A stretch of 64,000 bases of DNA from Cyanobacteria bacterium RU_5_0 (GTDB lineage: Bacteria; Cyanobacteriota; Cyanobacteriia; Elainellales; Elainellaceae): contig JAAUSF010000003.1 of assembly GCA_012033255.1 (NCBI GenBank), forward strand, positions 16,247 through 80,246, written 5' to 3'. The position numbers were made by a program, and so were the translations under genes. This document shows positions 41,012 to 51,574 of this stretch, piece by piece. Position 1 is the stretch's first letter; every line of letters begins with the position of its first letter. The notes beneath the pieces were generated by a model, which did not search any database, was not told where the DNA came from, and saw only the letters and a program-made list of their open reading frames with translations.

Positions 41012-42694
41012 ATGATTGGTCAGCTATTAGATGGACGATATCAAGTGATTCGGGTTCTGGGGGCTGGAGGATTCGGGCAAACCTATATTGCCCAAGATAC
41101 TCGCCGTCCGGGTAGCCCCACTTGTGTTGTCAAGCACCTGAAACCTGCTACCAGCGATCCTCTCTTTTTGCAAACAGCAAGACGGTTGTTTCAGAGTGAG
41201 GCTGAAACGCTTGAACGATTGGGAAATCACGATCAAATTCCTCGTCTACTGGCATTTTTTGAACAAGGACAGGAATTTTACCTTGTCCAAGAATTCATTG
41301 AAGGACGAACCCTTACCCATGAATTGCCGCTCGGACAACGATTGGCAGAAGCGCAGGTCGCTCAAATGCTCCGAGAGGTATTGAGCATTCTGGTCTTTGT
41401 TCATAGCCAGGGTGTGATTCACCGAGATATCAAGCCGGATAACATTATTCGCCGCAATGCTGACAATCGGCTAGTATTGGTGGATTTCGGTGCAGTGAAA
41501 CAAGTCCGTACCCAAATGGCATCGTCTGGACAGGGTCATGTGAGCGCAACTGTGGCGATCGGCACTCCAGGCTATATGCCCACTGAGCAGGGACAAGGCA
41601 AACCTCGTCCAAACAGTGATATCTATGCACTAGGGATGATTGGTATCCAAGCCCTCACTGGACTCTATCCCGACCAGCTACAGGAAGATTTAGGCACTGG
41701 AGAACTGATCTGGCAACACCTCGTGAATGTTAGCCCTGTGCTGGTTGAGGTGTTAACCAAAATGACTCGTTATCACTTCAAAGATCGCTATCAAACCGCG
41801 ACAGAGGCGCTTCAAGCTCTACAACATGCCATTAACCCTCAGTCATCTCCTTCCCCTCATCAACCCGCTTCCAGTGGATATCCGACAACAGAGGTTAGTG
41901 CGCCAGGAGCTTACTCGCCGCCTGCCACTCCGCGTTACCCAACGCCTCAGCCGACCCCTCAACCGACCCCTCCTGGCTACTCTCCTCACCAACCGACTCC
42001 GGGCGGCTACTCTCCTCACCAACCGACTCCGGGTAGTTATCCGCCGACCCCTCAACCCACGCCTCACGGTGGCTATGTGCCCCCCCAACCCACGCCTCAC
42101 GGTTACTCACCTTATCAACCTGGCTCTCCGAGCTACCCGCCATCTCCCTCGCCGTATGCTCCCCCTGGCTATACGCCTGCCCCATCTCATGAAACCGATC
42201 GCCCCTCTCAGTTCAAACCTTTGGCGATCGGCTGTGGATGTCTTGCCGCTGTAGGAGTTTTAATAGTCATTGCTGCCGCTCTTCCTTCCCTTTTTGGACA
42301 AAGCCCAGAAGCCAAGCAAGCTGAAGCGATCGATAACATTGAATCTTTGAACAGGGCACAGCAAGACTACCGATCTGAAAATCCCAGCTTCAGTCTTGAC
42401 CTGCAAGAGTTGCAAACGGATGTTCCTACTGAAACCGATGCCTACTCGTATCTCATCTCCCCTCGACAAGATTCATCTCTTGGAACCGTGCAAGTGGCTG
42501 TCCCCAACGAACCCGATCTCAAAACCTACATTGGTGCTGTTTGGGTTGACGGGTTTATTTCTGTTCCATCGGCTCCAACGGAGGCGCTGGTGTGTGAGTC
42601 TGATGAAGAAACCGCTATTACGGAACCTGGCGATCTTCCCGTTACAGCAGACGGGCAAGGGCTAGGCTGCCCCGATGGGTTCTCACCTGTTTAA
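41012..42694 (+). CDS. serine/threonine protein kinase with Pro/Thr-rich repeat linker and C-terminal domain
   Basis: Hanks motifs (GGFGQTY, VVKHL, HRDIKPDNII, DFG, GTPGYMPTE); PQPTP/YSPHQPTPG repeats at aa 290-380; TM segment; convergent with gvpK. Confidence 0.8.
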   Translation: MIGQLLDGRYQVIRVLGAGGFGQTYIAQDTRRPGSPTCVVKHLKPATSDPLFLQTARRLFQSEAETLERLGNHDQIPRLLAFFEQGQEFYLVQEFIEGRTLTHELPLGQRLAEAQVAQMLREVLSILVFVHSQGVIHRDIKPDNIIRRNADNRLVLVDFGAVKQVRTQMASSGQGHVSATVAIGTPGYMPTEQGQGKPRPNSDIYALGMIGIQALTGLYPDQLQEDLGTGELIWQHLVNVSPVLVEVLTKMTRYHFKDRYQTATEALQALQHAINPQSSPSPHQPASSGYPTTEVSAPGAYSPPATPRYPTPQPTPQPTPPGYSPHQPTPGGYSPHQPTPGSYPPTPQPTPHGGYVPPQPTPHGYSPYQPGSPSYPPSPSPYAPPGYTPAPSHETDRPSQFKPLAIGCGCLAAVGVLIVIAAALPSLFGQSPEAKQAEAIDNIESLNRAQQDYRSENPSFSLDLQELQTDVPTETDAYSYLISPRQDSSLGTVQVAVPNEPDLKTYIGAVWVDGFISVPSAPTEALVCESDEETAITEPGDLPVTADGQGLGCPDGFSPV

Positions 42695-42833
42695 CCTTGA
42701 AGCAGTCTTCCTGCTTTCCTCATCCCTCAAATGAGGAGCGTTCGCAAACAATTTGGCTGAAAAGATTAGCCGAATTTTGCGATCGGCTCAAAGCTGAGCA
42801 TTTCATCCAAATTATCAATCTTTTATCAATCTT

Positions 42834-43376
42834 TTATTCAATCGCCTTTGAGGTTAACACCAAGCGCAATTTGGCGTGAATGAGATTCAAGTTGGCTAAT
42901 CCCAAATCCACGTTGCCTTCAACTACAATGCCTATATTGAGGAGTCGATCGAGTAATTCCAAAATGGTTGGATTGGTAGAAGTTTCACCGGGATAGTAGC
43001 CACCAGATTTAGGGAGTAATGTACCAATTTCACCTAAATCAATATTCAAATCAGCCGGATCGATTTCAAAAATTTTGCAGAGCGTGACGACTTGTTCTTC
43101 TAACGTGCGGAGGCTTTCAGCCGCGCGATCGAGGTCTTCATCGCTTAATTCTGCTCTATCCATCCGACGAATCACTTGTGCTTCTATCAGTTGCCGGACT
43201 AATTCAACTACCGTTAACAACAAAGGTGCAAGTCCGGCATCATTTTTCTTCGATCGTGTTGAGGGCTGGAGATCGGCATCACCAGCCGGGGAGATTTGAA
43301 TTGGAAAATCAGAGGGGGGCATGGGAGGGCGAAGAGGAGAAGGATGAAGGAGTGTCTTTGTGTCTTGATGGTTCAT
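42834..43376 (-). CDS. gvpK: gas vesicle protein GvpK
   Basis: 'LAPLLLTVVELVRQLIEAQVIRR' GvpK signature; last gene of the gvp cluster; N-terminal start uncertain. Confidence 0.65.
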   Translation of the reverse strand: MNHQDTKTLLHPSPLRPPMPPSDFPIQISPAGDADLQPSTRSKKNDAGLAPLLLTVVELVRQLIEAQVIRRMDRAELSDEDLDRAAESLRTLEEQVVTLCKIFEIDPADLNIDLGEIGTLLPKSGGYYPGETSTNPTILELLDRLLNIGIVVEGNVDLGLANLNLIHAKLRLVLTSKAIE

Positions 43377-43399
43377 TACAAGTTATTCAATTGGCGATC

Positions 43400-43732
43400 C
43401 TAAGCGGATGTGCATTTAATCGATCGCAATTCTTGTTCTAAACTTTCGATTTTGGCTTGAAGGTGTTGGTTGGCTTCGAGCAGTTGGCGGGATTGGCTGT
43501 TGAGATAGGGATCGCTTTCCCACCAGTTGATGCCAATTTCTTTGGCTTTATCGACAGAGGCAATCAACAAGCGGATTCGGATGTTCAAAAGTTCGGTAGA
43601 ACCAACGGAAACGGAGATATCACCAGCAATGACGATGCCTTTGTCAAGGACTCGCTCTAACACATCAGCAAGGGTAGAGCCTTGAGTGGCAGTCGGCATG
43701 GGGTGGGGGCGAGTTTGAGGAGCAATGGTCAT
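43400..43732 (-). CDS. gvpJ: gas vesicle protein GvpJ (GvpA/J/M family)
   Basis: GvpA-fold core '[19 protein letters not shown]…[18 protein letters not shown]' with N- and C-terminal extensions typical of GvpJ; 4-nt overlap with gvpN. Confidence 0.75.
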   Translation of the reverse strand: MTIAPQTRPHPMPTATQGSTLADVLERVLDKGIVIAGDISVSVGSTELLNIRIRLLIASVDKAKEIGINWWESDPYLNSQSRQLLEANQHLQAKIESLEQELRSIKCTSA

Positions 43733-44817
43733 ATTTGACCTCCATTGGTTAAGGCTTGGGTCGGTAGCGTCGATGCTTTAGAAACCTCGTTCGTCTCAAT
43801 CAATTCACTGAAGACAGCTTCATTTTCTAGAGCAAGTTCCTGCGTCAGTGTAGAAGTTTCTTCAGTTGAGTTTGTTCTGGGGATAATGCGAGATTGAGGA
43901 GCAAAGTTTGTGGCTTCCAGTTGCATTACATGAGCGGCAATCATCTCATTGAACAATTCCCAAAGTAAACGAGTCGCCTCGTCTATCGACAATCCAGCAC
44001 GAGACAGCAAGACATCCTGACAGACATCGCGGAACTCAGGGTTTTCTGGCAATGCCAGGATTTCATGTTCTTGGCAAATTTTCGATAGCATCAGGCACGA
44101 TCGCAAGCCAGAGGTTTTTTCGGCTCCTGTGCAACGACGAAAATCTTTTACCAAACGCACGATCAACAATGCACTTTCGCGATCGATTCCTGTTTTCTGA
44201 ACGGCAATTTCTTGTTGAGTTAATTCGTCCGGTTCTGGCATGTTGATCGTGATCAGGCGATCGAGCAATGCATCTTGTGTATCATGGACACCGCAGTATT
44301 CCTCTGGATTAGAGGTAAAGATGGCACGAAAATGAGGATTGACGCGGACGTATTCGCTGCGGTTGTTATTAGGTGGTAACACCAACAGCTTTTCTTCTAG
44401 TGCCGAAAGCAAAACATTATTCACTTCTGGACGAGAGCGGTTGAACTCATCGTAGACCAGCGTGAATCCTTCACGACAAGCGAGTGTTAAACGAGAATCA
44501 ACCCAATTTTGCCGCAATTCATCCTCAACTTTCACCACGCTGTGAATGAAATTATCCACCACTTTTTTGCGTGTGTACCCTGATTGATTGCCAATCAGAT
44601 CAGAAGTTTTGAATTCATCGTCACCAAACAACAGCATGATAGGACGACCAATGAGATCGGCAAGATGGAGGGCAAGCGTGGTTTTTCCGGTTCCCGCAGG
44701 ACCGCGTAGATGAACCGCGAACCCCGATTGAAGATATCGTAGTGCCCTAGTTGCCACGCGCTCAACCGATGGAGTGCTGACAAATCGCCGGGGGCTGGCT
44801 TTCAGTACAGTGGTCAC
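43729..44817 (-). CDS. gvpN: gas vesicle protein GvpN (AAA+ ATPase)
   Basis: 362 aa; Walker [10 protein letters not shown], Walker B LVYDEF; length and position match GvpN; overlaps gvpC stop by 4 nt. Confidence 0.85.
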   Translation of the reverse strand: MTTVLKASPRRFVSTPSVERVATRALRYLQSGFAVHLRGPAGTGKTTLALHLADLIGRPIMLLFGDDEFKTSDLIGNQSGYTRKKVVDNFIHSVVKVEDELRQNWVDSRLTLACREGFTLVYDEFNRSRPEVNNVLLSALEEKLLVLPPNNNRSEYVRVNPHFRAIFTSNPEEYCGVHDTQDALLDRLITINMPEPDELTQQEIAVQKTGIDRESALLIVRLVKDFRRCTGAEKTSGLRSCLMLSKICQEHEILALPENPEFRDVCQDVLLSRAGLSIDEATRLLWELFNEMIAAHVMQLEATNFAPQSRIIPRTNSTEETSTLTQELALENEAVFSELIETNEVSKASTLPTQALTNGGQI

Positions 44818-45869
44818 AGGCTAACTTCCTCTTGAATTAAATAGAGACGATCGCGTTGGGTTACGCATCCTTTTTTAATTAACAAGCGCAGTGCATCGAC
44901 AACTTGAAACCGATTAATGCTGAGCGCAGATTCAATTTCAGTTAAACGTGCGCCTTGAGTTTGATGCAGATAACCAAAAACATCCTTTTCTAATGACGTG
45001 GCATTGTCAAGTTTGATAGGAGATTGGGAATTGGGTTTTGGGAGTTGAGTGGTGGTAGCAACGGATTTTGTAACGGATGGCATAGACGAATGATTGGTTT
45101 TATTCGTTATATTTGCTACTGCATTCGTTGCTAAGTTGTTTGCTTGTGATGAACTTGTTTCACCCCAAACGGTTGTATGCAAATTTTCATAAAACGATCG
45201 CAGTTCTGCACGGAATAAAGCTAATTCTTGGAACAGCACCCTAACTTCAGTGATGCGACGATCGTGAACTTGCTGCAACATTGCGTGTAGTTGCTGAGCG
45301 CGATCGTGACGAAGCAATTCTAGTTCAGTGAGATAATCTTGAACTGCCGACTGAAGGTTTGCCACCCAAACGGCTAATTCATCCATCTGTTGTGCGTGAT
45401 TTTTAATCCGTTCTTGTTGATGCGCTTGTAATTTTTCCTGCGTTTCGATTTGCAGCGCGTAGATCTCAAACTGAAGTTGCTGACGAAAAGAGACGACTGA
45501 AGTTGTCAGGTTAGCATGAAATTCAGCTAAATCTTGAAAAAGCTGTTGCGCCATTAGGAAACGATCGGTCGCATTCGTAGACAAGATCTCAGTTGTTTGT
45601 GCTCGGAGTGATTGAACATAGTCATGCAGTTGTTCAGCGACTTGTTCTGTTTGAATTTGGCGATGCGTACTGGCATTCGCGAGAAACTCTTGTGTTTCAA
45701 GCTGAAGTTCGAGTTGAAATAAACGCAAATCTTCACGCATTTGAGCCGCTTTGGCGTTTCGTTGTTGACGGAAAGCGTCGATCGTTTCTTGCACTTGCTG
45801 GTGTCGTTGAGCTAACTCATGTTGGCGCTGTTGCCGCTGTTCTTGCCAGGAGTCTTTGAGAGAAATCAT
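44814..45869 (-). CDS. gvpC: GvpC-like gas vesicle outer protein with degenerate 33-aa repeats and a C-terminal extension (putative winged-helix)
   Basis: N-terminus [11 protein letters not shown]… parallels cyanobacterial GvpC (MISLM…); Q/E/L-rich repeats (QEFL…R.Q.E…L); C-terminal about 90 aa '[28 protein letters not shown]' helix-turn-helix-like. Confidence 0.65.
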   Translation of the reverse strand: MISLKDSWQEQRQQRQHELAQRHQQVQETIDAFRQQRNAKAAQMREDLRLFQLELQLETQEFLANASTHRQIQTEQVAEQLHDYVQSLRAQTTEILSTNATDRFLMAQQLFQDLAEFHANLTTSVVSFRQQLQFEIYALQIETQEKLQAHQQERIKNHAQQMDELAVWVANLQSAVQDYLTELELLRHDRAQQLHAMLQQVHDRRITEVRVLFQELALFRAELRSFYENLHTTVWGETSSSQANNLATNAVANITNKTNHSSMPSVTKSVATTTQLPKPNSQSPIKLDNATSLEKDVFGYLHQTQGARLTEIESALSINRFQVVDALRLLIKKGCVTQRDRLYLIQEEVSL

Positions 45870-46044
45870 GGGAACCTCTTTTGAGGGCTGAGGACTGAGT
45901 GAGTGTTGAATTTTAAGTTTTAAGTGTTAAATTCTCAGTTAGCTTAACTTAAAACTCAACACTTAACTCAGCACTTAAATAGCACTGAGTGCTAAGAACT
46001 GACGATCAAAAACTCAGCCCTCAGCACTCAAATCTCAGTTCTAA

Positions 46045-46263
46045 TTAAGCCGCAGGAACCGCAGCCTGCGTGGTCAAACCAACTGCTTCAGCATACTTGA
46101 GGTAGGTTTCAACGGATGCAATTACAACACGTGCTTCAATTGCCAGCAGTTCAATTCCAACTAGCGAAACACGAACCCAAGCATCAACTACGATACCTTT
46201 ATCGAGGATACGATCGACGACTTCAGCCAAGCTAGAGGAAGAGTTTACTTTTTCAACAGCCAT
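46045..46263 (-). CDS. gvpA: gas vesicle structural protein GvpA
   Basis: 72 aa '[63 protein letters not shown]' closely matches cyanobacterial GvpA. Confidence 0.95.
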   Translation of the reverse strand: MAVEKVNSSSSLAEVVDRILDKGIVVDAWVRVSLVGIELLAIEARVVIASVETYLKYAEAVGLTTQAAVPAA

Positions 46264-46760
46264 GATAAATCACCTACATTGAACGAATTGTTGAGACTAT
46301 GAAATGCCTTACCTTGACCGATTTCAGGATTTATACGGTGGATTGGCTTCCTTCAATAGCATAGGTACTTTCAAATTCGGAAGTCCCAGAGTAAACGCTG
46401 AAAATTCATGAATGTGAGGAATGCCCCTACGAAAAGGTACGGACTGTTATTGAATAAATTCCTGATTGTCGATCGGTTGGCATTGCTTCATTGCGACTGA
46501 CTCGAAAACTCAGAATTCCAAGTTTGCGAATCAAATTGAGATGAAGCTAATTCAAGCATTCCCAACCTTTGTAGCTCTCTAACAGAACACGAACAGAAAT
46601 AATCAAAGATTACATTTTTAATCTGATCATCAAACTCACTGCACCAAGAAGCAATGCTATGTGCAAATTGAATAGGGTTCAGCTTCCAATTCCTAATCAC
46701 CAATCACCAATTCCCAATTCGACAAACCACAACGTATTCGTTAGGGGTTTGCGGTTTAAT

Positions 46761-46817
46761 AAAATACCAGTTTTTGAGTGGTGCGGCGGAGCCGCACCAC
46801 TCAAAAACTGGTATTTT
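46761..46817. terminator. perfect 27-bp-stem hairpin (GNA triloop) with flanking T-run; likely bidirectional intrinsic terminator; member of a repeated hairpin family
   Basis: aaaataccagtttttgagtggtgcggc-gga-gccgcaccactcaaaaactggtatttt followed by attttattttatt; 30 bp downstream of the CDC48-like gene stop; related hairpin at 62101-62158. Confidence 0.6.
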
Positions 46818-46848
46818 ATTTTATTGCTAGTCCCTTAATGCTCACGGA

Positions 46849-48687
46849 TCACTTTCTTATCTTTTGACTCGTTATCAACTGGTATGCTGCTGCAAAATCA
46901 TGATTAGTAATGCGAATGGTGTTCGGATCGGCTGCACCTTGGGCACGGAAACGGCGAATTGCTTCGAGGGCGGCTTGGTTGCTAAGGAGAGCTAGATCGG
47001 CTCCGTTCCAGCTTTCCGTTTGAATTGCCCAATGGGATAAATCAACATTTTCAAGCGGGCGATCGCCGTTATGCACCTGCAAAATCGCCAGCCGACTCGC
47101 GGCATCGGGCAGATCAACTTTCAGTTGCAGGTCTAATCGTCCGGCTCTTAGCAATGCTGGATCAAGGGCTTCGGGGCGATTGGTTGCACCGACCAGCAAA
47201 ACATTCGTGCAACACTGTAACCCGTCGAGTTCGGTGAGCAGTTGACCAACGACACGATCGCTCACTCCCGAATCGCCTTGAAAACTGCCCCGTGCGGGAG
47301 CCAGAGTATCGATCTCATCGACAAACACAATACAGGGAGACGCTTGTCTGGCTTTGGCGAATAGTTCTCGCACGGCTTGTTCTGCGGCACCAACCCATTT
47401 GCTGAGCAGTTCGGGACCGTTGACGGCAATGAAATTGGCTCTTGCTTGAGAAGCGATCGCTTTTGCCAACAGGGTTTTTCCCGTTCCCGGAGGTCCCCAA
47501 AGCAGAATGCCACGAGGCGCTGTTGCACCGGTTCGCTGATATAAATCGGGATACAGCAATGCACCTTCAACAGATTCTTGCAGCGTTTGTTTGATGGTTT
47601 CTAATCCGCCGATTTCATCCCAAGACACTTTAGGAGATTCGACTTTAACCGATCGCAACACTGAAGGCTTAATTTCTTTGATGGCTTGCAGAAAATCTTC
47701 CTGAGTAACAGTCAACTGATCAGGAATGGGCATTTGTAAATTGGGAACTTGCCGACGGAGCGCCATGTAAGCGGCTTTCTGACAAACAGCTTTCAAATCG
47801 GCTCCTACCAATCCGACGGACAGATCGGCGATCGTCCCCAAATTCACTGATTGTTCGAGCGGCATTGCACGAGTCTGAATGGTGAGAATTTCCAAACGTC
47901 CATCCCGATCGGGTACTCGGAATTGCACTTCGCGATCGAACCGTCCGGGGCGACGTAGGGCTGGATCAAGATGATCGGGACGATTGGTTGCGGCTAAGAC
48001 AATCACGTCTTTGGTTTGAGAAAAACCATCCATCAGGCTCAAAAGCTGAGCTACCAAGCGTTTCTCGACTTCGCCTTCAACTTTGGCGCGATTGGGAGCA
48101 AGACTATCAATTTCGTCAATGAACACAATGCAAGGAGCCGCCTTCGTTGCTCTCTCAAAAATACTCCGTAACCGACCTTCCGCCTCGCCATAGTACTTGC
48201 CCATGACTTCAGGACCGACGATCGCAATATAATTCACGCCCAACTCTTCTGCAAGGGCACGAGCCGTTAGCGTTTTTCCGGTTCCTGGTGGGCCCACCAA
48301 CAGCACGCCACGAGCGGGTTCTAATCCGAGTCGAGTGAGTAAATCAGGACGTTTGAGGGGAATTTCTACGAGTTCTCGTAATTCATTAAGCACATCCCCT
48401 AATCCGCCAACATCTTTCAAAGAAGCGGATGCTGTTATATCAGCAGGAGGGGCGATCGGCTCGTCATCTGAAGGAGTGGATGCGCTAGATGATGAATTAG
48501 CGGGATTGGGGCGAATGCGACTCGTACCTATATCTGTACGAGGAATATTGCCCTGGCGCGGAATACTGCTCAGATTACGGGCATTAATCTGCACATCGGC
48601 TTTGAGTTCTCCCTTTGCTGCCTTCTCCTCAAGGGCTTTCGCAAATTCTAATAATTGTTCAAATCCCTTAAACAGGTTATCGCTCAT
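46849..48687 (-). CDS. CDC48-like AAA+ ATPase (two AAA domains)
   Basis: Two Walker A boxes (GPPGTGKT x2) and two Walker B/SRH regions; short disordered Ser/Pro-rich N-terminus instead of a CDC48 N-domain. Confidence 0.85.
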   Translation of the reverse strand: MSDNLFKGFEQLLEFAKALEEKAAKGELKADVQINARNLSSIPRQGNIPRTDIGTSRIRPNPANSSSSASTPSDDEPIAPPADITASASLKDVGGLGDVLNELRELVEIPLKRPDLLTRLGLEPARGVLLVGPPGTGKTLTARALAEELGVNYIAIVGPEVMGKYYGEAEGRLRSIFERATKAAPCIVFIDEIDSLAPNRAKVEGEVEKRLVAQLLSLMDGFSQTKDVIVLAATNRPDHLDPALRRPGRFDREVQFRVPDRDGRLEILTIQTRAMPLEQSVNLGTIADLSVGLVGADLKAVCQKAAYMALRRQVPNLQMPIPDQLTVTQEDFLQAIKEIKPSVLRSVKVESPKVSWDEIGGLETIKQTLQESVEGALLYPDLYQRTGATAPRGILLWGPPGTGKTLLAKAIASQARANFIAVNGPELLSKWVGAAEQAVRELFAKARQASPCIVFVDEIDTLAPARGSFQGDSGVSDRVVGQLLTELDGLQCCTNVLLVGATNRPEALDPALLRAGRLDLQLKVDLPDAASRLAILQVHNGDRPLENVDLSHWAIQTESWNGADLALLSNQAALEAIRRFRAQGAADPNTIRITNHDFAAAYQLITSQKIRK

Positions 48688-49060
48688 GTGTGTCTACCAT
48701 TCAGCCCTACCCCTTTATTCATCCCAATTTGCAAAGAGCTTTGATCAGTGTGATCCTTTGGCAATCTATAGCGGTTTTTAACTCAGTTAAGTACAATAAC
48801 AGCGATAGGTAAACCGGAATGTGTCAACGATAATGAGACACTTTTGATTGAGAAATTAGTGTTGCACCTCCTGGGTTTGAGTAGTGGCGATCGGTGGATT
48901 GATCCAACCTTCGGTAAGAACGACAGGGGGTTAAGGTAATCCGTGAACAAAGCGTTCTGGATGGGCTTGGTAAGCGGCTGCAACACCTGCGATCGATGCT
49001 GTGTCACAGATTGAGCTTGTCCACCAGCGCTGCTTCTCATCGCTTAACATTATTTAATCT

Positions 49061-49690
49061 TTAAGAACTGACAATTCCTCGTTTCAATGCTGTGATCACA
49101 GCTTGCGTTCGATCGTTTACTTTCAACTTGCTTAAAATGTTTTTGACATGAAATTTGACCGTGCCTTCAGCGATCGATAGCGCCGTGCTGATCTCTTGAT
49201 TACTATTACCCTTTGCCATTAACTGCAAAACTTCTAACTCACGATCGCTGAGTTCTGGATTGCCCATGCGTTCGACCAGTTTAGCGCCCACAGCAAGGGG
49301 AATAAACTGCCGACCGTCATAAACAGTGCGGATGGCGGCTAATAGCTCGTCTGGTTCAGCGTCTTTGAGCAAATATCCTCTTGCGCCTGCCCGCAAGCCG
49401 CGATAGATATCCTCATCGCCATCATAGGTTGTCAATACAATGATCCGAGGATTGACAAACTCAGCACAGATCGTCATGATCGCCTCAACTCCCCCAACCT
49501 CCGGCATTCGCAAATCCATTAGCGTTACATCAGGCTGATATTGCCGGAACAGGTCGATCGCCTCTTGCCCATTGCGGGCTTGCCCAACAACGGTCATGTC
49601 TGGCTTGTATTCAATGACAGCCGCCAATCCCTCCCGCATCATCGGATGATCATCAGCAATCAAAACACGAATGACATCAGGCTGGCTCAT
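49061..49690 (-). CDS. NarL/FixJ-family response regulator (REC + LuxR HTH)
   Basis: 209 aa; REC Asp pocket (LIADDHP…D), C-terminal LuxR-type HTH (LSDRELEVLQLMAKGNSNQEISTAL). Confidence 0.85.
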   Translation of the reverse strand: MSQPDVIRVLIADDHPMMREGLAAVIEYKPDMTVVGQARNGQEAIDLFRQYQPDVTLMDLRMPEVGGVEAIMTICAEFVNPRIIVLTTYDGDEDIYRGLRAGARGYLLKDAEPDELLAAIRTVYDGRQFIPLAVGAKLVERMGNPELSDRELEVLQLMAKGNSNQEISTALSIAEGTVKFHVKNILSKLKVNDRTQAVITALKRGIVSS

Positions 49691-49693
49691 AGA

Positions 49694-51574
49694 TCACTCC
49701 CGATTTACGGATACCACTACTTCTGCCCCTTGCCCAGGTTCGCTCTGAATAGTCAACTGCGCCCCAATTCGCTCTGCGCGTTCAGTCATGCCTATTAAAC
49801 CAAAACCACTCCCAAGGGAAACGCTACGAACCTCAAACCCCTGTCCATCATCTTTGACGCGCAGGATACAGTGCGCTCTGTCATATACCAACTCAACGCG
49901 GATTTCGCTGGCTTTGGAGTATTTGAGGGCATTGGTTAAGGCTTCCTGTCCGATGCGAAGCAAATTGGTTTCAACGTCCGGCGGCAACGCATACGCTTCA
50001 CCAATGATTTCACAGAGGATGCATGTATGAGTATGGGAGAACAGTTGTAAGGCAATCCGGTTGAGGGCACTAAATAAATCACCATCTTCTAACAATTGTG
50101 GACGTAATGCTTCTACCGATCGTCGAGCTTCAGCTAAACCAGAACGAGCTAAACTCCGTCCTGTGTTAAGGTGTACTTCGACAGCATTTGGATCACTCAT
50201 GATTCTCTGGGACGCTGCATTTAAGTGAACAATAATGCTGGTGAATGCTTGTGCTAAAGTGTCATGAATTTCTCGTGCCATGCGATTGCGTTCTTCCAGA
50301 ATGGATGCTTCTTCAGCTTGTTTGCGTTCACGGAGCGCGGCTTCAAGGCGTTCAGTGATGTCTTGTCCAATGCCAATACTCATTCCACTGCTAAGTCGAA
50401 TATTTGCCCAAGATGTATCCACATTGCGATCGTCTTTCGTTTTAATTTTGATGTCTAACCACTTTCCTGTCGCCGCTAACATGTGATTCAAAACTTGCTG
50501 ACATTGTTCTGGATCAGGATTGCATTCAGTTAATAAGTTGATGTGTTCTAGCTCTGACGACGACCAGCCGAGAATGCACTCTAATTCCCGATTCACAAAA
50601 TGGATTTGCCCATTTTGATCGTAGAGTGTAATCATGACGGGGATGTGATCAACGATCGTTTGCAAGAGTTCTTTTTGTTGCTGTAATGCTTCTGTTCGTT
50701 CAGCAACTTGAGATTCTAGAATGCGATTGTAGTCAGCTAAAAGTATCTCTGCTTGTTTACGCTCAGTAATATCAATAATAAATCCTTGATAACAGAGTAG
50801 TTCTCCAGTTGCATCACGGACTGCGCGTGCTGTCTCACTGATCCAAATAATGCTGCCATCTTTGCGATAGACTTGAGACTCAAATCCAGATACAGCATTG
50901 TGCTGTTCCATTGAGGCGATGAACTCAGTTCGACGGTTAGCATCAACATAAACTTGATACTGAATATCGGTGATCGCTACTACTAATTCGTCCGGAGAGT
51001 CATAGCCATAGAGTTGAGCTAACGCTGGATTTACGCCAAGAAAGTGCCCATCTGATGTACTTTGAAAAATACCCTCCAGTGCATTTTCAAAAATACTGCG
51101 ATATTTGTGTTCCGATTCCACTAACGCCTGATTCATCTGTTGCAGTTGGGTGGTCTGCTCGGCTAATCGTTTCTCTTGAAAATAGCTGTTAATCGCCTCC
51201 TTAACAGTTAGCTGTAGGTCTTCAGCTTGCCAGGGTTTAGCGATATAGCGATACAAATTTGCATACTTAATCGCATTCGCGATGTCTTCCAGATTAGCCT
51301 GTCCAGTTAACAGAACTTTAAGCGTTTTAGGAGAATATAAATGAACGCGCCTCAAAAATTCATCTCCCTTGATGTCAGGCATGAGATGATCTGCAATAAT
51401 CAGAGGAATTTCATAGTGATCTGCCAAAAATTTTTCAACTAGCTCTAAAGCATCTTCTCCCCCCTGCGCCAGTTCAATTAAGCAAGTGTCACCGATCGCC
51501 TCTTTCAGTTCAATTTTGAGGCTCTTGAGTATACTGATCTCGTCATCAACACAAATAATTACAGGTTTATTCAT
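49694..51574 (-). CDS. hybrid sensor histidine kinase (N-terminal REC, PAS domains, HisKA_3/HATPase_c)
   Basis: N-terminal receiver (VIICVDDE…D), two PAS-like segments, H-box 'EERNRMAREIHDTLAQ' (NarX-type), C-terminal ATPase G-boxes; stop 4 nt from the response regulator start. Confidence 0.8.
   Translation of the reverse strand: MNKPVIICVDDEISILKSLKIELKEAIGDTCLIELAQGGEDALELVEKFLADHYEIPLIIADHLMPDIKGDEFLRRVHLYSPKTLKVLLTGQANLEDIANAIKYANLYRYIAKPWQAEDLQLTVKEAINSYFQEKRLAEQTTQLQQMNQALVESEHKYRSIFENALEGIFQSTSDGHFLGVNPALAQLYGYDSPDELVVAITDIQYQVYVDANRRTEFIASMEQHNAVSGFESQVYRKDGSIIWISETARAVRDATGELLCYQGFIIDITERKQAEILLADYNRILESQVAERTEALQQQKELLQTIVDHIPVMITLYDQNGQIHFVNRELECILGWSSSELEHINLLTECNPDPEQCQQVLNHMLAATGKWLDIKIKTKDDRNVDTSWANIRLSSGMSIGIGQDITERLEAALRERKQAEEASILEERNRMAREIHDTLAQAFTSIIVHLNAASQRIMSDPNAVEVHLNTGRSLARSGLAEARRSVEALRPQLLEDGDLFSALNRIALQLFSHTHTCILCEIIGEAYALPPDVETNLLRIGQEALTNALKYSKASEIRVELVYDRAHCILRVKDDGQGFEVRSVSLGSGFGLIGMTERAERIGAQLTIQSEPGQGAEVVVSVNRE

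Noticed and set aside
46488-46703. 71-aa minus-strand ORF between gvpA and the hairpin
   Set aside because: It lies in the expected gvpA promoter and leader region, has a low-complexity composition and no homology pattern. Kept as non-coding.
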